A DNA stretch of 9,039 nucleotides, from contig CAJINV010000091.1 of assembly GCA_905178155.1 (NCBI GenBank), positions 1 through 9,039 of the forward strand, in the 5' to 3' direction. The stretch comes from Amoebophrya sp. A120 (lineage: Eukaryota; Protista; Dinoflagellata). This document shows positions 1-7,037 of this stretch, in pieces (the first letter of the stretch is position 1; the number at the start of each line of letters is the position of its first letter). The notes below the pieces were generated by a model. It was not told the origin of the DNA, made no database searches, and worked only from the letters and a program-made list of their open reading frames with translations. The position numbers and the translations under genes are program-made.

Positions 1-154
1 CCGGCTGTAGATCTCGCGCCGAGGCTAAAGTGAAGGCTGCAGCGGCCGTGCCGCGACATTTTCCCCCCAAGCATCGGCGACCAAGCGTTATCGCCAAATT
101 CGCAGGTAAACATTCCAGAGAAACAGGATGCCACCTGCTGGGTCAAGATAGAGC

Positions 155-2572
155 TCAACGGCGTTGGGCCAAGTTTTCCTCGGTCTCAAGGCCCCAGAGT
201 AGGGGCGATAGAGCATCCGCCGTCGGAACGTCTTCGTGGTTGCATCGTGGGTAGAGCTTCTGCAGCAACTCCATCCGTTCCATTCTTGTGAGTATATCAG
301 CAATGTTTCTCATGCTGCATACCCAGGCAACATAAAAAAGAAGGCCGAGACGCTGCGCGAACTTGTGGAAATTCTTCACAATTCTCCCCGTCGCAGCGCA
401 CCTACTGTCGTTCCGGATCAGCGAGAAGGCGACCCCGGAATTATCCTGGTGCACTATCGTGTAGTGATTTTTCAGCGTTCCCGCATACTTGCGAAAAGCC
501 ATCGCCGCCGCAAGTGCCTCGAGAACACCAATGTGAATTCTGTCACACCACTTCGGTATCCGGTCAATCTTCACCGAAAAGGAGTACTGAGTATCTTCAT
601 CGACATACAAGAAGGCCCCAAGAAAAATTTGGTGCTCCTCGATAGCAGCGCCCTTCCGTATGCCTTTCTCGATTTTCTTGTTGAGGCCTTTCATGTCGTG
701 CAAGGCTGCGTCCGTGTACAGATGGCAAATCTTCCGGTCCACATTGCCCAGCGTCAGCTCCACTGGCTTCACCGAACTCACCATGCTTTTCATGAGTTCC
801 ACCTGCGCCCTGAGCTGCTTCTTGCATTTGTCTTGGTATATTCTCTCCATAAAAAGTTTCTCCACCGTCCAGGCGTCGAGGGGACGGGCCAACGCGCACG
901 CCGGCCGGTCTAGCTGCGCGCAGTGTCGATATAATCCTTTGAAGGACTCGAGCCGTTTTCTGTCAATCCGGCTCTTCTGAATGTCCCGGAGGATCGCATT
1001 GGCCTTGGCAATGCATTCCGCGACCTTAGCCGGGTTGACCTCGATCCTGATCGTCAAACCCGGCGCCAGGGTGTACGCCATGCCCAACACCGTCAGCGCC
1101 CTCTGAGTGGCGTCAAGCTGCGTGGCCCCTTTTTCGGAGCTTTGCCACCACCCACCGAGGGCCAGCATCAGATCGACTAAAACTTCATCAGAGGCTAGCT
1201 GCCTCTTCCTACTTAAAATGTGAAGATCATCAATGTAGATACTAACTAAAACTCTAAGCAAACAGCAACAGATTATTTGAAGCGTCTCGCTTACCGAGAC
1301 GCATTCATAAACGCTCGATAGACTCCCAAACAGTTGCACCGCGCTGAGTATCAAAGCCCAGGCATGTCGGGGTCGGACCGGCTTCCCGTTTCGGCCCCGT
1401 TTTCTTGGCGTCTCCGGTTTCTCAGGCTCCGTCTGCGGCACCGGGAAGAAAACAGCATTTTTAATTTCTTCACGGGTGCCACACTGGTAATAAAAGGACC
1501 GCAGGTCCCGCTTCGCACCATACGGGCGGAAGCAAAACCCGTCCTCAGGCTCAGAGCCTTCCTCGTCCTCTTTGTTGTCGCTGCTTTGAAAATAGAGCCT
1601 GTCGGAGTTGTCATCGGGCTGCGCAAAGATCCGCTGCGACTTATTCTGGTGCAGGTTGTTGTTCTCGATGATAGCCCGCAGCCGTCGCTCCTCGTCCATG
1701 TCTGCCAATAAATCTTTCTTCGACTGGAAACGAACTGGATCATTGCGGCGGCTCGACATGCAACGCTGGATGATGGCCATCGTGCACCTGGCCCCATTTA
1801 GACGCATGCGCTCCACCGGTACTATGCTGCGATTTTGGGATCTAAAATCTATACAACACCTGGCGCGGTTCGGATCATCTTCGGTGGGCTGCTTGACCGG
1901 GAACGCCAACGAGGCCCCCATCGGTAGTTTTGTGTCGTTCGGCACCACTCTCCACCTTCCAAGGCCAACCTGTTTCAACATTTGTTTGTGGAGTTCTACG
2001 ATCTCCGCGTCAGTGGCCCAGTGGTTCCTCGTCGGGCAGCAGGTCTCGCTCGTGCCCTGATTTAACTCCTTCTGCAGCTGCATCACCTTAGCCGACTCCT
2101 TTATTTTGTCACTGGGTAGAGGCATCCAGAAGCCCGACGCCGGTAGCACGGCGTCTTGCCTAAAACCCAGAGTCAACTTCTGTATGATGCCCATGATCTG
2201 GGCCTTGCGTGCCTTATAAGCACCCCCCGCTTCGTCAACCGCGAGGGAAAGTAAACGGCGGAGATAAGCAAAACGCTTGCCCTCGTATACTTTCTTCAGA
2301 TGATCTGCCAGCTTCTCATGTATCTCAATCTCCTCACCCTCTGTTTCTTCTACGATACGCATGAGAAGCGCTGCAACTCTCTTACTCTTGTACTCCAACG
2401 ACTCGCACGAGCTGGTTTTCAAGAAAGCAATTAAACTATCCATGTAGGACGGCACTACATCTCTCAAGCCGAAACTTCGATGTTTGTCGTCATGGATAAA
2501 CTTAGGAAAATCTTCAGCCTGTGGCAAACTAGAACAGGCTTCCGACATCTTTACACAAATTCCTGCCAACAC
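155..2572 (-). CDS. Reverse transcriptase + RNase H (pol) of a DIRS-order tyrosine-recombinase retrotransposon
   Basis: Uninterrupted 805-aa ORF (track start GTG; first ATG at 2548). RT motifs in order: FPVKQ...RCCIDFRSQN, DLRSFYYQ (D356), LFGSLSS, YIDD (nt 1237-1226), SEKG, VLG. C-terminal RNase H with DEDD residues in DIRS-type contexts: LYTDAA (D621), HIGVLEALAA (E685), HQDN (D710), NIADILTR (D759). No integrase or methyltransferase follows. Confidence 0.93.
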   Translation of the reverse strand: MLAGICVKMSEACSSLPQAEDFPKFIHDDKHRSFGLRDVVPSYMDSLIAFLKTSSCESLEYKSKRVAALLMRIVEETEGEEIEIHEKLADHLKKVYEGKRFAYLRRLLSLAVDEAGGAYKARKAQIMGIIQKLTLGFRQDAVLPASGFWMPLPSDKIKESAKVMQLQKELNQGTSETCCPTRNHWATDAEIVELHKQMLKQVGLGRWRVVPNDTKLPMGASLAFPVKQPTEDDPNRARCCIDFRSQNRSIVPVERMRLNGARCTMAIIQRCMSSRRNDPVRFQSKKDLLADMDEERRLRAIIENNNLHQNKSQRIFAQPDDNSDRLYFQSSDNKEDEEGSEPEDGFCFRPYGAKRDLRSFYYQCGTREEIKNAVFFPVPQTEPEKPETPRKRGRNGKPVRPRHAWALILSAVQLFGSLSSVYECVSVSETLQIICCCLLRVLVSIYIDDLHILSRKRQLASDEVLVDLMLALGGWWQSSEKGATQLDATQRALTVLGMAYTLAPGLTIRIEVNPAKVAECIAKANAILRDIQKSRIDRKRLESFKGLYRHCAQLDRPACALARPLDAWTVEKLFMERIYQDKCKKQLRAQVELMKSMVSSVKPVELTLGNVDRKICHLYTDAALHDMKGLNKKIEKGIRKGAAIEEHQIFLGAFLYVDEDTQYSFSVKIDRIPKWCDRIHIGVLEALAAAMAFRKYAGTLKNHYTIVHQDNSGVAFSLIRNDSRCAATGRIVKNFHKFAQRLGLLFYVAWVCSMRNIADILTRMERMELLQKLYPRCNHEDVPTADALSPLLWGLETEENLAQRR

Positions 2573-3441
2573 TTTTAAAAGCTGACAGGAGGGCCTACTT
2601 CTTCAACTCTTAATCTTTTTCACACTTCAAAACTCGCCAGCAGCTAGTTATTATGGGGCGGGGACCTGTGTTCCAGTACTTTTACGAAAGAAGCATGGGC
2701 TTCCACTGCTCATGTGTGTGTTCCAATTGGCCACATCACAAAACACAGCCCATCACTCAGCACTTGTTTGCACCCAACGGTCCTGGACCATTGTGCTAAG
2801 ACAGAAATCTACTAGCCTTCAACCTCAACCGAAAACGGACTTTTTGATGCTCTCAGCCCAGGTTCTCCGGCGCGGAGAGCGCTCACGAATCTCCGCCAAC
2901 TTCTGCCCCAGCTTCTTGTCGAACTCCTGCGTATTATTTATTTTCGCGTTTGACTTTTAGCAACGCTGCTCAGTGGACTCGAGCTTTAAGAAAAATCGCC
3001 GCAACAAAAATTACTTTCTGATGGTCCTGCACAGTCATCGCGCAGAGCGCTCGTCTCGGTTTTTGAAGTTGTGCTTTCCCCTCCGTCAAGAGGTACGAAA
3101 GCCCTACCTTCGCGGCACTAATCAGTGACATGCGTGCAACTTATATATAGGCACCCCACAGAGAGCTGCACTCTCAGTGTTATAAGTGCGCAATTATACT
3201 CATACTCATGCATGATCATCAGACGCGTCCATCTATGGCGATGCTACCGCAATGTAGCTATGGTAGGCGGACCTACCCTGCTCACCACGTGGATAGATCG
3301 CGCTTTCAGGCATGAAGTAACCAACTTCGCATGACAACTTCGATTCAACGTTCTACAACAAATTCAAAGAAGCGAGAGCCATCGGCAGTGTGTGATTTAT
3401 AGTGACTTGTGAGAACTTCGAACGGCAACTACACCATGTGT

Positions 3442-3462
3442 CAGGCTGCCGGCCCCTGGCAA
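3442..3462 (+). repeat. Left terminal inverted repeat
   Basis: 19/21 match to the reverse complement of 4684-4704. Weaker ungapped similarity (20/38 by hand count) continues over 3463-3500 versus 4683-4646. Confidence 0.88.
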
Positions 3463-3997
3463 GCTACTGCGTTAATTCGCGGCTTAAATTTTTCTAATTT
3501 GCCGGACATAAGGCAACACAGACACAAGGCGGCGCCCGATCAAACAAAGGGGGAGGCGGCACCCTTCCCCGGTGGCAACACCACACCGGCGGACACCACC
3601 CCCCCGGGCCCCCCCGCGGCCCTGTAGCATGGAAAAGGGCGCAAAACTTGGCGCCACCGGGCAACATTACGCGGCCGGGAAAACTAAAACGAGCGCCGCC
3701 GGGGCTGCGTGGTGTGCCGCGGCGCCCGCGAAATGAGGAGGCGGCCCAGAAAGCAGCCAAGGAAAGGCGCGGGCGCCTGCAAGCGCCAAAAGAAACGCCC
3801 CCAGAACCCAAAGAAAACAAAGAAAAGGCGCGGGCCGGGCAAAATCCACGGCGGCCCGGGCAGCCGCCTGGCCCTGATCGATACCGGGCGCACGCCTGCC
3901 AGGAAACAGCCCGCGGCATCCGCCGGGCAACTCCGGAGTCGCGTCGGATGGCCTTCCGGGCGGCCTTCAATTCTTTGGGATTTTTGGGCGATCTTGG

Positions 3998-4057
3998 GTG
4001 TAATTTTTGATTTAATTTGAGGTCTAATATTTAGTCTAATTCTTGGTCTAATTTGAA
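3998..4057 (+). repeat. Degenerate 12-bp tandem repeat, 5 copies (consensus about GTCTAATTTTTG)
   Basis: GTGTAATTTTTG / ATTTAATTTGAG / GTCTAATATTTA / GTCTAATTCTTG / GTCTAATTTGAA; TAAT at 4001, 4013, 4025, 4037 and 4049. Confidence 0.75.
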
Positions 4058-4109
4058 AACCAACGAAACCTTCCCGATTTCGTTGCTTTCAAATTAACCC
4101 CAAGAATTA
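4037..4109. repeat. Imperfect inverted repeat (32-nt arms, 9-nt loop)
   Basis: TAATTCTTGG-TC-TAATTTGAAA-ACC-AACGAAA (4037-4068) versus the reverse complement of 4078-4109, TAATTCTTGG-GGT-TAATTTGAAA-GC-AACGAAA; loop CCTTCCCGA. Confidence 0.88.
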
Positions 4110-4683
4110 CCCGCAAAACTACCCCGCTCATTACCCTCCGGGAGCCGGGGCGCCCCCGTTGAAATTAACTACGACCCGCGCCGCTGCCCCATGGAATATC
4201 CGGAATGGCCCCCCAGCCGGCATCCCCACCAATAACAAAAACAACGAAGCCCTCGCTAGGGCACAAACCAAACCCCAGCCCGGCCCCCCGAGGAAAACCA
4301 GAACCCCCGGGCCCTGCTTGCAAACAACAAACCCCCCGGGCCCGGCCAAAACACAAAGGAACAAGGGCAACACCCGGCCCGGCAATTTCCAAGGAGAAGA
4401 AACGCCAAAAGCTGGGCAAAATCATAAGGCCGGGCCGCTGCGCGACACAGGCGAGAAGCCCGCCCATCGAGCCCAAGGGCCCCAACATTGCGGGGGCGGA
4501 TACAAAAAAAAAGCGGAGGCCTTCGGAGAAACAGAACGAACAAGACTGCGGCCGACCACATGCCCCGAGGGGGGCGCCCTTTCTCCACACACTGCCACGA
4601 CTTCCAAAGGAAGAGCACGACGGAACTGCGCCGGGTCTTTGCTAGGATTTAGATTTTTTTAGGCGGGAAATCAGTGGCGGAAT

Positions 4684-4704
4684 TTGCCAGGGGCCGGCTA
4701 CCTG
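4684..4704 (-). repeat. Right terminal inverted repeat
   Basis: TTGCCAGGGGCCGGCTACCTG; partner of 3442-3462. Confidence 0.88.
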
Positions 4705-5059
4705 ACATGTGTCCTCTAATCAGGCGCGTGGCTCTGCTCTTCATCTAGTTCATTATCGTCTTGCGTCCATACCCTATAGCCCTGGTTTTAGGTACGCTCC
4801 TTGGAGCTAGCATTCCTTTCTAAATTGTTTTAATTTCGTTACAATGGGGCGGGCAGGATGTTTGCATATCGTGGTGTACTGCTTGTCCATCATTCAATTT
4901 TCTTGGTGTCAAAGATTCGACTGCGTGTCTGAATCAGCGTGCCACTGCATAAATGCGAGCGGCTTCTGATGCTCGAGAACCTTACTACCAAAATACTAAC
5001 TTCAAGATTAAAAACCCGATCGCGATATAGTCTAAGTACAACATACAAAAGGGCTCGAT

Positions 5060-5926
5060 CTATGGCTGTTGTTTCGAGAGCTTCAACAATTCCTCACCAG
5101 AAAGGCGGGAGTTAAGAAATCTCTTGTTCAGAAAGGACAACTTATCGAGATCCCCCCCGTGCTGCTGCTTGTCGGGGCAGGGGCCAGATTTGGAACACTG
5201 GCCCTGCATCCACTTTAAGCATACCATGGCTCTACCTTTTCCGTCGCCCTTATTCTTCAAGCGCTTGGCCTTATCATCAGCATCCGCCAAAGTGAGGCGG
5301 CGCTTGTTCATGTTATTGGTAGCAGTAATTACCTCCTGCAATTTCTTCTCCTGCTTATCGATTTTCTCCTGCAGAACCTCCAACGACTTCAGGGCGCGGA
5401 TTTCTCCGGCGATCGCCGTTTGAAAAGCCGGACCGAGTTCACTCACGATCGCCGCGTTATAACGACGCGCCCGAAAAGTATTCGCCGGCAGGGCGTCCAC
5501 CACCGGCAGGCAGGTGGGGTCCAGCGCCAACTTCCACTGTTCATTGAAAATTTCATAGACTTTTTCCTTCGGGAGAGTATCGGCCGCCACCCCGACCTTC
5601 AAACTCCCGGTGAGTTTCTCGGTCACCTGTTTCTGGCCCGTAGTCGTCTCCCGGTTTCCCAAAATGCCGACAACCCGCACCGCCGCGTAAGCTTCGGTGG
5701 GCGCGATTTTCATGACGTCGCCGGACATAGCATGGTGGAGACGACCCGACTCGAACAGGGACTGCATGTAGAGAAACTGCTTGCTATCACATTTCTCACG
5801 AATGTCCTGCAGCGAGTTGTCTAACTGCTGCTGCTGAGCCGCCGTGGGGAAACCAATCCCGGCTTCCGCTTGGGCGCGGACCTGGCGGTCCAAGTGTTCC
5901 GCGACATGCTGGTTAGCGGCTGCCAT
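5060..5926 (-). CDS. Gag-like nucleic-acid-binding protein (coiled coil + CCCH-type zinc finger)
   Basis: 288-aa ATG-initiated ORF, co-oriented with and upstream of RT. It has a heptad-like segment (EIRALKSLEVLQEKIDKQEKKLQEV), a basic KNKGDGKGR linker, then C-x7-C-x5-C-x5-H (CLKWMQGQCSKSGPCPDKQQH, nt 5221-5159). The ORF is well supported; the Gag call is inferred from position and motifs. Confidence 0.7.
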   Translation of the reverse strand: MAAANQHVAEHLDRQVRAQAEAGIGFPTAAQQQQLDNSLQDIREKCDSKQFLYMQSLFESGRLHHAMSGDVMKIAPTEAYAAVRVVGILGNRETTTGQKQVTEKLTGSLKVGVAADTLPKEKVYEIFNEQWKLALDPTCLPVVDALPANTFRARRYNAAIVSELGPAFQTAIAGEIRALKSLEVLQEKIDKQEKKLQEVITATNNMNKRRLTLADADDKAKRLKNKGDGKGRAMVCLKWMQGQCSKSGPCPDKQQHGGDLDKLSFLNKRFLNSRLSGEELLKLSKQQP

Positions 5927-7037
5927 CCTGTTTCCGACGGAAAGAAAGGTATAAAACTTGAACTCCGATGTCTGGAAGGGAAACGAACTTCGGAAGGAAG
6001 TCTGAGAGGTCTAGCAAGTACTGGCGAAGCGAAGGTGAAAATGATAAACAAGTATGTCCCTGGAATGATGAATGGAGCTAAATGACTAGAAGAGAAAACT
6101 TTTTGATGCTTCTCTTGGTATGAAAGGACACTTCGCACGCACTAAAGATTACAACTGCAGGCGATTTCACTTGTCGGGGCTGTTAGTGTGGAGATTTTGG
6201 ATCTAGATCTACGTTTTGGCTTTATAAATATCTTGCAGGAGCTTTTAAAATTTGCAAAGATAATAGTGCTGGGCGTGGGAACTGAAGGCTGTTACTAGCT
6301 TGCGACTTATCACTTGCAGCGCGCCATCAGAAAGAGGTGCTTCTTGGTGTTTCAATGCTGGCTACACCTAATCGAGACTATCTTCCTGCGCCGCAACTCA
6401 GCGTTCTCATATTGACCGATTGACGTTGACAAAATTTTTAGTCCGTATGACAAAAATAGAGCAGGATACCGAAACTTACATCATTCACCCCACACTGAAA
6501 CTAACACGCCCAGCGTCATGGCGCACGACAGCCTGCACAAGTGACCGAGACCCTGAACCGAAGCCGGTTTCTCAGTGCGGAGACGAAAGTATTCCAACAC
6601 TTTCCGGCAAAATCCAGCAAAAATGGCTGTCCCCCGACTATATTCAGCTTAACGAGTGATGCCGAGGACCGAAAACAAAAACTGGCATAGGTCATGTGGT
6701 TACCGACACCTATGCGCGAGATCGTAGATGGCTAACATCAAGTAATCAAGGCTGAAAACTATTACCAATTTTCCTCACTGGCTACTGGGGATCGAGATCT
6801 GAAACGACTAGTAGCTTCTGCAGTGGCACACAGAGTTACAGGCCCTATGCAGAAGAAACACAAACACCTGACTTCTTGCAGGTGAGGATCGGAAACCACT
6901 ACTAAGGTTTACCAACAAAGGCCTCCGGCTAGTCATTGAGGCCTTTAGGGAGCGGCCGAATCCACTAACACACCGGGAAATTTCTTTTTCATGATAGTTT
7001 CGTGCGAAACTGTGCGAAGTTTCAATGTGTAGTGTAG

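Larger units (their letters stand above)
3442..4704. mobile_element. Non-autonomous TIR DNA transposon (hAT-like), 1263 bp, nested between gag and RT
   Basis: Left end CAGGCTGCCGGCCCCTGGCAA (3442-3462); right end reverse complement CAGGTAGCCGGCCCCTGGCAA (4684-4704); 19/21 identity. Flanks CCATGTGT (3434-3441) and ACATGTGT (4705-4712) match 7/8 as a direct repeat. Composition changes sharply inside. No transposase recognised. Confidence 0.82.

Noticed and set aside
30-2060. Antisense and alternate-frame ORFs over RT (e.g. 236..913, 1334..1711, 1608..2060)
   Set aside because: Shadows of the RT/RNase H frame with no independent motifs. The 30..254 frame is open from the window edge but has no recognisable product.
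3141-3149. TATA-like TATATATAA on the minus strand upstream of RT
   Set aside because: About 600 bp from the first RT ATG with no supporting evidence.
3409-4662. The many overlapping ORFs on both strands within the TIR element
   Set aside because: Pro/Gly/Arg/Lys low-complexity translations expected where stop codons are scarce; no transposase or other motif recognised.
3439-4707. Alternative element ends TGT...ACA (24-bp TIR) with a 2-bp TG duplication
   Set aside because: Not excluded, but the 7/8 direct repeat with CAG termini explains more flanking bases. An empty-site comparison would decide.
2647-4853. Repeated GTTAnnATGGGGCGGG at 2647 and 4838
   Set aside because: 14/16 match that does not extend; too short to call a terminal repeat or regulatory motif.
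6616-6628. Minus-strand AGCCATTTTTGCT resembling the dinoflagellate spliced-leader core
   Set aside because: Only 12/13 in the core, flanks do not match, and it is not next to an ORF start.
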